Shown in pieces: positions 20,476 through 30,247 of a DNA stretch of 64,000 nucleotides. The translations under genes and the position numbers were made by a program. The DNA comes from Planctomycetota bacterium (GTDB lineage Bacteria; Planctomycetota; UBA8742; UBA2392), in contig JADKGX010000002.1 of the NCBI GenBank assembly GCA_016722065.1, forward strand, positions 126,264-190,263, written 5' to 3'. The notes under the pieces are model-generated. The model worked only from the letters and a program-made list of their open reading frames with translations, searched no databases and was not told the DNA's origin. The stretch's first letter is position 1. Every line of letters starts with the position of its first letter.

Positions 20476-20767
20476 TACACATACCTCCACACACTATGCT
20501 ACACACTCGGCGTCACGGTTGCAAACTGGGGCGGGGGATTGTGTAAAGGCAGCCTGGCCCAGTCGCACGGACAAACACGGCTCTGCGGCAGCGGCGTGGC
20601 TGCGTATTCGGCGCGGTATCGGTCATCGGTACACTGTTGGGAATGACATCATCCCGATTGGCATTGGTCTGGCGATGGAAACTGCTTGGGGGCGATCCGG
20701 GTCGTGACTGCGACTCTCATGCGGCGGAGCCAGCGTAGAATCAAAACAGTCCAGTCAAGCAGCGCAG

Positions 20768-22411
20768 CTAGCTGGCGTACTGCTTGCGCAGAAGTTTGCG
20801 TTCGATTTTGTCGCGGTCGTTGCGGGGCAGGGGTTTGTCCGCGAACTTGATCCAGTGCGGGGCTTTGTAGCGCGCCATGGCGGCCTTGCAGTGCGCGATG
20901 AGTTCTCTTTCGAGTGCTGCGTCAGTGTGAACTGCCCCGTCGCTGCCGCTCCGGGCTGAAACTACGATCGCCAGGGGCTTGGTCAAACCAGCTTCGTCGG
21001 CCTTGCCGATCACGCAACACTCTTTGACGGCCGGGTGCTGCAACAGGCAGTTTTCGACCTCCAGTGGGCTTACGAAGATGCCCCCCACTTTCAGCAAGTC
21101 ATCGCCGCGGCCTTCGTAGAACCAATAGCCATCAGCATCCTGGCGAAACTTGTCGCCGCTTACGACCCAGCCGCCGCGCAGGTGTTCTTTGCTTTTGTCG
21201 TAGGCCGCGTGATAGTGCGTGGCCACGCTGTCGCCCTTGACCCACAATGTTCCAACATCGCCCTGCGCGACGGGTTGATCGTTGTCGTCAAGCAACCTGG
21301 CTGCATAGCCCGGAACCAGCTTGCCCAGGCTGCCGCCGCGAATGTCTGCGGGGCCGTGCTCACCAGCGGGCCGGTTCGATATGTAGATGTGAAAACTCTC
21401 GGCGCTGCCGATGCCGTCGATGATCGGCACCCCAAAGGCTTCGTCCCAGCGTTTGTGCAGATCGGCGGGCAAGGCCTCTCCGGCGCTCCACATGAATCGA
21501 ACGGTTGCAAGGGCTTCGCGTCGGGCCTGCGGCCATTGAATTATGTTGTTGATCAAGGTTGGCACACTGGTGAACACCGTAACTTTGTGCCGTTCAATCA
21601 ACGGCAACAGCACTTCAGGAAGTGGGCGTTCCTTGAACAGCACCGTGGTTGCCCCGACTGCAAAGGGGAACATCAAGTTGGTGCCGGTGGCGTAGCCAAA
21701 GAACAGTCGCGGGCCGGCAATCGTGATGTCTTCCTGCTTCATGCCAATGAAGTTCTTGGCATAGACTTCCGTATTGAACGCAAAGTGCCCGTGAGTATGC
21801 ACCGCGCCCTTGCTTTGGCCTGTGCTGCCGCTTGTGAACAGCCAAACCGCTGGGTCGTCCTTGCGCGTGGGCCAGGGCTTGAACTCGTCGTCGTCCTCCA
21901 GTTTCAGCGCAAAGTTGTGCCATGAACAATGGCTGTCGGGTTCGTCGCCCGGTTCCACGTCGTCTGTGTGCTCGCGCACCACCACGACGTTGTCGGGGTT
22001 CCAGCCGGATTCACAGTGGCGCGAATTCTTCAGCGCGTGTGAAAACGCGGCCAGGCTCGCTTCATCGACAAATGCGAACTGTGGCTTGACGTAGTTCAGG
22101 TAGTACTCGTAGTCCTCCGCTGGCAGCAGCGGGTTGATCTGCGTGACCGTGGCCCCGGCTTTAATGGCGCCAAACCAGGCGTACACAAACTCGGGTCGGT
22201 CCTGCATGCATACCAGCACGCGTTGTTCGGGCAGCAGGCCGCCTTCGACCAATACGTGTGCCACTTGCTTGACCTGTGTGGCGACTCCGGCATAGGTGAT
22301 GTCGCGCCCTTCAAAACGAATGGCAACCTTGGCGCCACGACCGGCTTCGATATTCGAAAACACGAAGTAGTCGGCCATGTTGAAGTTGTCAGGAAAAGCT
22401 GCGCTGGACAT
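20768..22411 (-). CDS. Benzoate-CoA ligase family (aryl-CoA ligase, AMP-binding)
   Basis: AMP-binding motif FTSGSTGQSKG. Benzoate/4-hydroxybenzoate-CoA ligase-like length and C-terminal lysine. Start at internal Met (MSSAAF). Confidence 0.8.
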   Translation of the reverse strand: MSSAAFPDNFNMADYFVFSNIEAGRGAKVAIRFEGRDITYAGVATQVKQVAHVLVEGGLLPEQRVLVCMQDRPEFVYAWFGAIKAGATVTQINPLLPAEDYEYYLNYVKPQFAFVDEASLAAFSHALKNSRHCESGWNPDNVVVVREHTDDVEPGDEPDSHCSWHNFALKLEDDDEFKPWPTRKDDPAVWLFTSGSTGQSKGAVHTHGHFAFNTEVYAKNFIGMKQEDITIAGPRLFFGYATGTNLMFPFAVGATTVLFKERPLPEVLLPLIERHKVTVFTSVPTLINNIIQWPQARREALATVRFMWSAGEALPADLHKRWDEAFGVPIIDGIGSAESFHIYISNRPAGEHGPADIRGGSLGKLVPGYAARLLDDNDQPVAQGDVGTLWVKGDSVATHYHAAYDKSKEHLRGGWVVSGDKFRQDADGYWFYEGRGDDLLKVGGIFVSPLEVENCLLQHPAVKECCVIGKADEAGLTKPLAIVVSARSGSDGAVHTDAALERELIAHCKAAMARYKAPHWIKFADKPLPRNDRDKIERKLLRKQYAS

Positions 22412-22481
22412 GTAGCCTCGCGTCGTCGGTAATGCCGGGCGGGGTTCCGGGCAAGGCTGCCAGGAACTCCTCGAAATCACT

Positions 22482-22946
22482 TCACTCCTTGATTGCCCGA
22501 TACAGCCCTGTCCGGTGGCTATCCGGGACCAGCCACTTCTGGAACAACTCGTGATACTTGTTGGGCAATTCAACACCCTCAAAGCTGTCCATGTTGATCG
22601 CCACGGTGATCAGTTCGCCTTCTACGCAGCGAACCTTCTTGTTTTCGCGGCTGGTGTCGCCCGTGTACAGCCAGGTGACGCTCTTCTTGCCGATCTTCTG
22701 CACACCCAGGCTGATTTCCACGTGGTCGCCAAAGCGCAGTGGCTTGAGGTAATCCACGTTCATGTGCACGGTCGGAAAGCCCAGACGCTCTACGTCCAGC
22801 AGGTGGTTGTAGGGAATGCCCAGGCCGCGTTCAAAAAAGTCCTCAAAGCAGCAGTGAAAATAGTGCAGAAAACGCGGGTAGTACAAAATCCCGGCGTGGT
22901 CGACGTCGCTAAAGCGAATTTTGTAGGTAGCAGAGAACAAACCCAT
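22482..22946 (-). CDS. Hotdog-fold acyl-CoA thioesterase (4HBT family)
   Basis: 4HBT-like N-terminus (YKIRFSDVDHAGILYYPRFLHYF). 154 aa. Confidence 0.75.
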   Translation of the reverse strand: MGLFSATYKIRFSDVDHAGILYYPRFLHYFHCCFEDFFERGLGIPYNHLLDVERLGFPTVHMNVDYLKPLRFGDHVEISLGVQKIGKKSVTWLYTGDTSRENKKVRCVEGELITVAINMDSFEGVELPNKYHELFQKWLVPDSHRTGLYRAIKE

Positions 22947-23000
22947 GGTGCCTCCTTGCGCGCTTTATCAGCTTTCGCGACGGTGCTTGCAACGCCTAGT

Positions 23001-23753
23001 CTATTGCTTCAGCCCCACAACAAAACCAGCCAGGTCCGCACGCTCTTGTTCCGACAGGCGCTGAAAACTTGGCATGCCGGTTTGCGTGATGCCAGTGGTC
23101 AACGTGCTGAAAACGTCGCTGACTGTTGGCATCGCGCCGGCTTTGCGTTTGATGTCGCCAACCGCAAGGTTGGCTGGCTTGACGGCGGCAAAGAACACTG
23201 CCGCAGGGCCATCGCCCCGCCCCTGTGGGCCGTGGCAGCCGGCGCATTGGGCCCCAAACAGCAACTTGCCGCGCGCGAGATCCGGCACCAGCGAAGTACT
23301 GTGTTGGCTCTGAGCCAGCGGCTGGCGAAACCGGTTTGCTTCGCGCAGGCTTTGCAGAAACACGATTACCGCTTGGCCGCCGGAAGTCAGGGTTCTTGTT
23401 CCGGGCTCAAACAAATGGCTTTGGCGTGGCATCTGTGAGCCCCCCACCACTGTGGCCGGGTCGTACAGGTGGGCGATGTGCCAGGCGTCCGGGTAAACAC
23501 CGCCAATGCCGGAAAGATCCGGCCCGAAGGCCAGTTTCACGCCGGGCTGGTTTCCCAGCACGGCATCGATCTGCTGTTGGCACGCGCCGACCTGGTGGCA
23601 CTGCCAGCAACCGGCAGAAACAAAGGACTCGACTTCTTCGGCCTGGCCATTGACCCGGGAATCGGAAGGCCCGGAAGTGAAAACCTGCCAGCCGGCAACA
23701 CTGACGCCCAGTGCGATCGCAGCAAGCGTGGCCAGGTAGATGAACTTGCCCAT
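23001..23753 (-). CDS. Dihaem c-type cytochrome (secreted/membrane-anchored)
   Basis: N-terminal hydrophobic anchor. Two CxxCH motifs (CWQCH, CAGCH). Confidence 0.75.
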   Translation of the reverse strand: MGKFIYLATLAAIALGVSVAGWQVFTSGPSDSRVNGQAEEVESFVSAGCWQCHQVGACQQQIDAVLGNQPGVKLAFGPDLSGIGGVYPDAWHIAHLYDPATVVGGSQMPRQSHLFEPGTRTLTSGGQAVIVFLQSLREANRFRQPLAQSQHSTSLVPDLARGKLLFGAQCAGCHGPQGRGDGPAAVFFAAVKPANLAVGDIKRKAGAMPTVSDVFSTLTTGITQTGMPSFQRLSEQERADLAGFVVGLKQ

Positions 23754-23785
23754 ACCGAGGGTTTAGCGATTGCAGCCACCAGCGG

Positions 23786-25012
23786 CTACAGGTTCTGCAC
23801 GCGCTGTTCGGCTTCACGGCCGAAGCGGCCTTGGGCGCCGTCGGTGTCGTACTGGATCACCTTCTTGTAGAAGGCTTTGGCGTCTTCGTATTTCTCGTAA
23901 AAGTGCAGGCACTTGGCGTGGCCCAGCAGGATGCCGGCGTTGGCCGGGAACTCCTTGACCAGCGTTTCATAAAGCGCCCGGCACTTCTTCATGCCGTCCT
24001 CATGCGTGCATTCTAGTTGCTTCTTGCTGCGAACGTACAAGTTGGCGTAGCGCATCCAAAGGCTGGCGGCGGTGCTGCGATACTGGCAGTTACAGGGGTC
24101 GTCCTCAGCAGCTTTTTCCCAGCAGGCAGCCTGCTTGTCGAATTCGCCATTGAAACTCTCTGCCTGCTTGACTTGCGCGGCGATGCGTTTGCTGCCGTCA
24201 TCTATGGCCTGGCGCATGACCGCGCGATCTTTTTCAGACTTGGCCAAGGTGTCGGTCTGGGCAAAGCCGCGCTCAAACTGCCGGATCTGGTACTCCAGCA
24301 TGGCCAACGTCTCGCTGCGTTTGGCCACTGCGGTCTTGAGGCGTGAAAGTTCCGCCCGGGCGGCGCTTTCGCGATCCTTGATGATTTTGTCGGCCAGTTT
24401 CTCGGCCAGCAGCATCTCGCGCTGCATCCGGAATTCGGCGTCGTAGACCAGCGCTACAACCATAGGTGCATCGGCTGCCACCTTTTCGTTGGCGCGCACC
24501 CATGCCGCGATGTCGGCCTGGGCCTCGGCGTCTACGCGTTTGTACATCACAGTCAGCACGCGATTGGCCAGTTCGGGTTCGCGGCGCTCGTTCAACCAGA
24601 TGGCAAATCGGGCCAGTTGGGCATCGTCTTTGTTGCCCTCCAATGGAAACGTGCCAAGAAGATACTTCGGCGCCCACAAGTCCCACTTGAGTTGCGAAGA
24701 ATCCGCCGCCGGCACCTGCTGGGGCACTCCCTGTTCGTCGACCTCACCGGTTTGCAGCAATTGCCGCATGGTGACAGCCGACGAAGTGGCGCCCACGACC
24801 AGAAATGGCGCAGGGCCGGTGCTGGTCGTAAGCCAGGTTCGCGGGAAAGTCTTGTTGGCGCACTCCGTCTGCACCCAATTGACCAGTTCGCCGTCAAAGG
24901 ACTTCTTGAGGTCTTTCTCTTTGCCCGCATAGGTTGGGGCATACCGTTCCAGCAACCCGGCGTGCAAGGCGGGCAACAGCAGCAGGCACAGGGACGCAAA
25001 CAGTGGCCTCAT
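23786..25012 (-). CDS. Secreted TPR-like protein, tandem paralog 1
   Basis: Signal peptide MRPLFASLCLLLLPALHA. Shares blocks with the next gene (KFPRTWL, WAPKYLLGTFPLEGNKDD, ANRVLTVM). Cys-containing TPR-like C-terminus. Confidence 0.6.
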   Translation of the reverse strand: MRPLFASLCLLLLPALHAGLLERYAPTYAGKEKDLKKSFDGELVNWVQTECANKTFPRTWLTTSTGPAPFLVVGATSSAVTMRQLLQTGEVDEQGVPQQVPAADSSQLKWDLWAPKYLLGTFPLEGNKDDAQLARFAIWLNERREPELANRVLTVMYKRVDAEAQADIAAWVRANEKVAADAPMVVALVYDAEFRMQREMLLAEKLADKIIKDRESAARAELSRLKTAVAKRSETLAMLEYQIRQFERGFAQTDTLAKSEKDRAVMRQAIDDGSKRIAAQVKQAESFNGEFDKQAACWEKAAEDDPCNCQYRSTAASLWMRYANLYVRSKKQLECTHEDGMKKCRALYETLVKEFPANAGILLGHAKCLHFYEKYEDAKAFYKKVIQYDTDGAQGRFGREAEQRVQNL

Positions 25013-25061
25013 GACGTGCTCCGGTAAAAACAAGGCCCGCATTCGCGGGCCTTGGGGCAGC

Positions 25062-26390
25062 TTAGTTGCCTGATTTGGCCCTGTTTTCGTCCTTCGTGTC
25101 CATGTTTCGCTGCAAGGCCTTTGCGGTGCTGCCGAGGCCCTTGTCGCCCTCCATGGCAATCACCTTGTCATAGCAGGGTTTGGCGTGCTTGCTGTCTTCC
25201 AAGGCTTGATAGCAACGCCCGAGTGCCAGCCAGTAGCCGCTGCTTTCGGGGTAGATTTTGAGGATCTCCACGTAATGCGGAATGGCCTTTTTGATCGGAT
25301 CGCTGCGGTCGCAACCGTTGCCGTGTTCGGCCGGTTTGCCAAACAGGAACCAGGAGTTCGCCGTTTCTGCGCGCAGTGCGACATCCATGGGGTCAATGCG
25401 CAGAATCTCCTCCATCATTTCGCACTTGGCCTGCTGACCCTTGATGTCTTTGTCGGACCACAGGGCCTTGGCCTTTTCGACGTTGTCCTTGATTACGGCT
25501 TTGTCGTCGGTGATGGAATCCATGATCGATGCAAGCACGTCGGTGTTCTTGGCGTTCTTGAGGAACTCTGAACTGGAATAGGTCAGCTTGTACTGCTTGA
25601 TTTCCCATTCCAGCAGGATCAGCTGCTTGGTCGGGGAGACCCGGCGCGGGGCCTTGCCTTTGTAGTCACCCCGGGCGCGCACGATGGCGTCGAAATCCGC
25701 CTTGGCATCTTTTTCCAGGGCGGCCTGGCGCGCGGCCTTTTCAGAGGCCGGAATCAGTATCGCCCGTTCTTTCTGGAACTCCATGTCCCACAGCGCCCAG
25801 CGTTCCAGGGCCCCGGGGTCCTTCCAGCCCATTTTTTCGGTCAGGTAGGCCTCAATCAGCGGGGCCAGGTCTTTGTTCTTGGCGTGAACGACTGTCAGCA
25901 CGCGGTTGGCGAGGTCGTTTTCTTTTTCAGAGAAGAGCCAGGCCGCAAAGGCCACCAGGTCGTTGTCGTCGCTGTTGGTCTCAACGGGGTAGGTAACCAG
26001 AATGTACTTGGCCGGCCAGGACTTCCAGGCGATCCACTTGCTGTTCTTGGTGGTTTTGTAGACAGGCAGCCCGTTGCCGTCGGCGCCGTCGCGCACCATC
26101 AAGTACGCGCTGAACTGATTCTTGTTGGCGTCGCGAATCTCGAACTTGTTGGGCGTGGGGCTGTTCTTGAAGTCGCCATCCAGCGGCAGCCAGGTTTCCG
26201 GAAACTTGTTCTTTGCTGTCAGGCTGGCCACCCATTCGGGCAGCTTGCCGTACCAGTCACTTGCAACCTTGGACTCCTTGGCGCCCTTGTGGGTCTTTTC
26301 AAACAGTGAAGCCCCGGCATCGGCCGCGGCCAGTGACCCTGTAAACAGCAACGCCGAAATTGCCAGCAGTGCCTTGCTTGTGGAATGCAT
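25062..26390 (-). CDS. Secreted TPR-like protein, tandem paralog 2
   Basis: Signal peptide MHSTSKALLAISALLFTGSLAA. Matching blocks (KFPETWL, WPAKYILVTYPVETNSDD, ANRVLTVV). TPR-like C-terminus. Confidence 0.6.
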   Translation of the reverse strand: MHSTSKALLAISALLFTGSLAAADAGASLFEKTHKGAKESKVASDWYGKLPEWVASLTAKNKFPETWLPLDGDFKNSPTPNKFEIRDANKNQFSAYLMVRDGADGNGLPVYKTTKNSKWIAWKSWPAKYILVTYPVETNSDDNDLVAFAAWLFSEKENDLANRVLTVVHAKNKDLAPLIEAYLTEKMGWKDPGALERWALWDMEFQKERAILIPASEKAARQAALEKDAKADFDAIVRARGDYKGKAPRRVSPTKQLILLEWEIKQYKLTYSSSEFLKNAKNTDVLASIMDSITDDKAVIKDNVEKAKALWSDKDIKGQQAKCEMMEEILRIDPMDVALRAETANSWFLFGKPAEHGNGCDRSDPIKKAIPHYVEILKIYPESSGYWLALGRCYQALEDSKHAKPCYDKVIAMEGDKGLGSTAKALQRNMDTKDENRAKSGN

Positions 26391-26529
26391 TTGAGCCTCC
26401 TCTTGCCCCTGTAACCCTGACTTTGGGCTCCTCCAGCCCAGTGCCAAAGTACCACCGTTGTGTTGCCTGGCATACAACGATCATGGTCCTGAATGACGCC
26501 ACTGTTGCGAATGGGTCAGCAAACAGTGT

Positions 26530-27801
26530 CTATTTCATGTCTTTCATACGGGTCTGTGCGTACTCGCGGTGCCCTTTTTCGGCATCGGTCAGTTCCTTCT
26601 TGTCCGTCCGCCGCAGCACTTCCTCAAAGCGTGCCTTGGCTTTGGCTTTCTCGCCGGCGGCCATGTAGTTCAGCCCGGCATAGTTGATACAGTTCAGATA
26701 CAGCGGCTGAATCTGGGCAAACTTGTCCCACATTTCCGCGGCCTTCAGAGCGCGATCCTTGCGTACGCACTTGTTGCCGTTGTCGGTGACTTCGGCTGCC
26801 TTGAACAAGACTTCTGCGCACTTCTGGATCACTTCAATGTTTTCGGGGTCGGCGCGATACAGCGCCAGCCATGCATCGGCACTGGCCTGCAGGTCGCCAT
26901 CAATGGCAAGGCGGTCGGCCTTGAAGCCGCCGTCTTCGACCCATTTGCGGTCGGCCTTGACGGCCTCCAGCATTTCGTCCAGCGACTTCTTGGTGTTCTT
27001 GGCCTCCGCTGTTGTCGTGCCCGCAAAGGCCTTGGGGTATCGTGTCAGGCGGTTTTCGAGTGTGTCCAGGCGAATGCTGGGGCTGCGCTTGCGTGCCCCG
27101 GGCTTGCCCTTGGTGTCGCCGCCCTGTTGTTCAACAAGGTCCTTAAGGGCTTCCTTGGCCACTTTGTCCAGCAGCTTGAGGCGTTCGGCTGCTGCCTCTT
27201 TGGTCAGCAGCAGCATGCCGTCTTTCTGCATTTCGAAGTCGTGAACATCTACCTGGATCAATGTAGCGGTAGTTGCCCAGCCGTGCTTTGCAATCAGCCA
27301 GGCGTCGATATCCGGCTTCAGCAGTGTTGATTTGGCGGCCATGGGTGCCAGGCGGCCATTGGCGGCAAGCACTTCGCCCTTGAGTGCCAGCCAGGTCACC
27401 AGCGAGACCATTTCTTCGGGTGTGCGGTAGTTGTGTTCAAACCACAGAGCCACTTCTTGGGGCGGAAAGTCGGCCTGCTTTAGCTTGACCTCGCCCTCGC
27501 CGGGGCTGAAGCCGTACTCGGCGCGGTCTTTGTACCAGCCATGCGGAACCAGTTCCGCCCAGGTGCTCTCGGCGCCCTTGACCTCAATGATTTCGAGGTA
27601 CAGCTTGCGCTTGTTTTGTTCGATGTGCAGGCGTGGCTTGGAAACGTCTTTGGCCCGCGCCGCAAGAAACTCGGGCAGTTTGTCTTCAAACTCTTTGGCG
27701 ATATCCGCTTCTGACTTGCCCGGGAAGTATCGCGTCAACAGGTCAGCGCGCAGGCCAACCGGCGCCAGCAAGGCCGCAACGATCATCAACATTCGCAACA
27801 T
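26530..27801 (-). CDS. Secreted TPR-like protein, tandem paralog 3 (more divergent)
   Basis: Signal peptide MLRMLMIVAALLAPVGLRA. Same overall architecture: N-terminal beta-rich part with W...LANGRLAPM, then a helical K/E-rich middle and a TPR-like C-terminus. Confidence 0.55.
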   Translation of the reverse strand: MLRMLMIVAALLAPVGLRADLLTRYFPGKSEADIAKEFEDKLPEFLAARAKDVSKPRLHIEQNKRKLYLEIIEVKGAESTWAELVPHGWYKDRAEYGFSPGEGEVKLKQADFPPQEVALWFEHNYRTPEEMVSLVTWLALKGEVLAANGRLAPMAAKSTLLKPDIDAWLIAKHGWATTATLIQVDVHDFEMQKDGMLLLTKEAAAERLKLLDKVAKEALKDLVEQQGGDTKGKPGARKRSPSIRLDTLENRLTRYPKAFAGTTTAEAKNTKKSLDEMLEAVKADRKWVEDGGFKADRLAIDGDLQASADAWLALYRADPENIEVIQKCAEVLFKAAEVTDNGNKCVRKDRALKAAEMWDKFAQIQPLYLNCINYAGLNYMAAGEKAKAKARFEEVLRRTDKKELTDAEKGHREYAQTRMKDMK

Positions 27802-27933
27802 GCCGTCCCCCGTCACAGTGGCTCGGAGAAGGCCCCCCACTGTGTAGACTGGAATGCCGGAATCTTACCGGCCGGGCATTCAATTTGCGCCGCAAAAGAA
27901 CCGGCACCCCGGCTGCAGGCCTGCAAAACACAC

Positions 27934-27957
27934 GGCGCCCGCTATAGCGGGCGCCGG
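27934..27957 (-). terminator. Rho-independent terminator downstream of rpsA
   Basis: Hairpin CGGCGCCCGC-TATA-GCGGGCGCCG. On the minus strand it is followed by TGTGTTTTG. Confidence 0.6.
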
Positions 27958-28002
27958 TCTTCACTGCTTGCGAACAGAGGCGGGCGGCAAACCCACCCCA
28001 CC

Positions 28003-29637
28003 TTACTTCACGGCGGTCAGGCCGATCTTGCGGTCCTTTGGATCCAGCTTGATGACCCGAACCTTGATGGCCTGGCCAACCTTGACCACATCTTCGGGCT
28101 TGGCGACTTTTTCGTCGGCCAGCTCGCTGATGTGCAGCAGGCCTTCCAGGTCGTCGTTCAACTGAACAAACACACCAAAGTTGGTGATCTTGGTGATCAC
28201 GCCGTCCATTTCAGCGCCAATGCTGAAGCGGGAAGGAATGTCGTCTTCCCAGGGGTCGCTGCGCAACTGCTTCATGCCCAGCGCGATGCGGTGCTTTTCG
28301 GTGTCCACGGCCAGAACCACGCATTCGACTTCGTCACCCTTCTTGACCATTTCATTGGGGTGGCTGACCTTGCGGGTCCAGCTCATGTCACTGACATGCA
28401 GCAGGCCGTCGATGCCGGGCTCGATTTCAATGAACGCACCGTAGGTGGTCAGGTTGCGCACAACGCCCTTGACCTTGGCCCCGGGCTGGTAGCGCTCACT
28501 GACGCGATCCCAGGGGTTGTCTTCCAGTTGCTTCATGCCCAGGCTGATTTCCTGCTTTTCTTCGTTCACGCCCAGGATGATGATTTCGATGTCGTCGCCA
28601 AGCTGCACGACTTCACGCGGGTCGTTGACGCGCTTGGTCCAGGACATTTCGCTGACGTGAACCAGGCCTTCGATGCCTTCTTCCAGGCGGATGAACGCAC
28701 CGTAGGTCATGATGTTGACGACCTTGCCCTTGTGCTTGCTGCCCACAGGGTAGCGGTCGGCAATGCCCTTCCAGGGGCTGTCGGCCAGCTGCTTCATGCC
28801 CAGCGCGATGCGTTCGCGTTCGCGGTCGACCTTCAACACCTTCACCTTGACGCTTTCGTTGATCTTGACGACTTCGCTGGGGTGCTGAATGCGGCCCCAG
28901 GTCATGTCCGTGATGTGCAGCAGGCCGTCAATGCCACCCAGGTCAACGAACGCGCCGAAATCGGCAATGTTCTTGACCACGCCATCGCGGACCTGGCCTT
29001 CTTCGATTTCCGAAAGCAGCGCGTCCTTGAGGCGTTCGCGGTTGCGTTCCTGCAGCTTGCGGGCACTGACGACAATGTTTTCGCGGGCGGTGTCGATCTT
29101 GATGATTTCGCACTCAAGCTCTTCACCAATGAACTCGTTGACATCGCGCGAACGGCGAATGCTGACCTGGCTGGCAGGCAGGAACGCCGGCACGCCGATA
29201 TCGATCAACAGGCCGCCCTTGATCTTCTTGGTGACCTTGCCGTGAACCGTGTCGCCTTCTTTGTGGTTCTCGATCACGCGCTGCCAGTTGATCTTGCGGT
29301 CGGCCTTGCGCTTGGACAGGCCGATCAGGCCGTCCTGGTTTTCGATCTCTTCAATGAATACGGTGATTTCCTGGCCGACCTTGGGGCGGTCTGCCTCGGA
29401 TTCAAATTCGCGGTTGTGGATTACGCCGACGGTCTTGGCGCCAAGGTCAATCGTGATCTGGTCTTTGCCCACGTGAACAACGCGGCCCTTGACCAGCGAC
29501 TCTTCGGTGAAGTGGCGCGCACTGGGCACCATCGTTTCGCCCTGCGGTTCCTTCCACAGGGACTCGAGCTCGGCATCTACGACTTCGATTTTCGGTCCGT
29601 ACTTGCGGACCAGCGGGTTGATCGAACGAACTGGCAT
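28003..29637 (-). CDS. rpsA: 30S ribosomal protein S1
   Basis: Six S1 repeats. N-terminus FTEESLVKGRVVHVG matches the S1 start region. The long ORF was trimmed to the internal Met MPVRSIN. Confidence 0.9.
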   Translation of the reverse strand: MPVRSINPLVRKYGPKIEVVDAELESLWKEPQGETMVPSARHFTEESLVKGRVVHVGKDQITIDLGAKTVGVIHNREFESEADRPKVGQEITVFIEEIENQDGLIGLSKRKADRKINWQRVIENHKEGDTVHGKVTKKIKGGLLIDIGVPAFLPASQVSIRRSRDVNEFIGEELECEIIKIDTARENIVVSARKLQERNRERLKDALLSEIEEGQVRDGVVKNIADFGAFVDLGGIDGLLHITDMTWGRIQHPSEVVKINESVKVKVLKVDRERERIALGMKQLADSPWKGIADRYPVGSKHKGKVVNIMTYGAFIRLEEGIEGLVHVSEMSWTKRVNDPREVVQLGDDIEIIILGVNEEKQEISLGMKQLEDNPWDRVSERYQPGAKVKGVVRNLTTYGAFIEIEPGIDGLLHVSDMSWTRKVSHPNEMVKKGDEVECVVLAVDTEKHRIALGMKQLRSDPWEDDIPSRFSIGAEMDGVITKITNFGVFVQLNDDLEGLLHISELADEKVAKPEDVVKVGQAIKVRVIKLDPKDRKIGLTAVK

Positions 29638-29819
29638 GAAGGGTATCCCCGGGAAGGTAATTTCGACCAACGTTGCGCGGCCTTCCCAAACCCGCGCCGT
29701 TGGAGCAATAGCTTTGCGACGGCAGCCCGCACGGGCCACAAAACGCCGCAACGAAAGGGCCGGGATCATAGCGGTGAAGGTTGGCGCGTAAAGGGCGGGT
29801 CAGGGCTGCAAACTCGGTA

Positions 29820-30200
29820 TCAGCTTGCTGCTGGTGTAGCGACCCAAAGCCCCACCCAAGCCAGGGTCATGCCGCCAATCAGAGAGGCAGCGACGTTGAT
29901 TGCCGCCTTGCCGGGCGCTACTTGCAAAGTCTGCAACGCAAAAGCGCTGAAAGTAGTAAGCCCGCCGCACAGGCCTGTGATCAGTAGTAACTTGAGTTCA
30001 GGGCCGTACTTGACCCCCTCACGCCCCAGACAGCCAAACAACAGACCTGCCGCCAGGCAGCCCACCAGGTTGACGGTCAGTGTGCCCCAGGGGAAGCCTG
30101 CCGCTGTTTCCGGCCACAGCCCGATCAGCAGGCGGTCCAGGCCGTAGCGCAGCCCGGCGCCAATTCCACCCCCAAGAACCACCAAAAGCAGAAGCTTCAC
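29820..30200 (-). CDS. crcB: Fluoride ion channel CrcB
   Basis: CrcB motifs (GTLTVNLVGCLAAG, GLCGGLTTFSAF). Probable GTG start (VKLLLLV). Confidence 0.8.
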   Translation of the reverse strand: MKLLLLVVLGGGIGAGLRYGLDRLLIGLWPETAAGFPWGTLTVNLVGCLAAGLLFGCLGREGVKYGPELKLLLITGLCGGLTTFSAFALQTLQVAPGKAAINVAASLIGGMTLAWVGLWVATPAAS

Positions 30201-30247
30201 GTGTTGATCCTTTGCGCCTGAGTGATTTGACAATACCTTATGCGCCC

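Noticed and set aside
28132-30147. 671-aa plus-strand ORF opposite rpsA and crcB
   Set aside because: It is antisense to ribosomal protein S1, which shows unmistakable S1 repeats. No motifs. Artefact of high GC.
30201-30247. Possible fluoride riboswitch upstream of crcB
   Set aside because: The gap between the crcB start and the divergent PHP gene start is only ~50 bp. That is too short for the ~60-70 nt crcB motif plus an expression platform. No recognisable conserved riboswitch core was seen.
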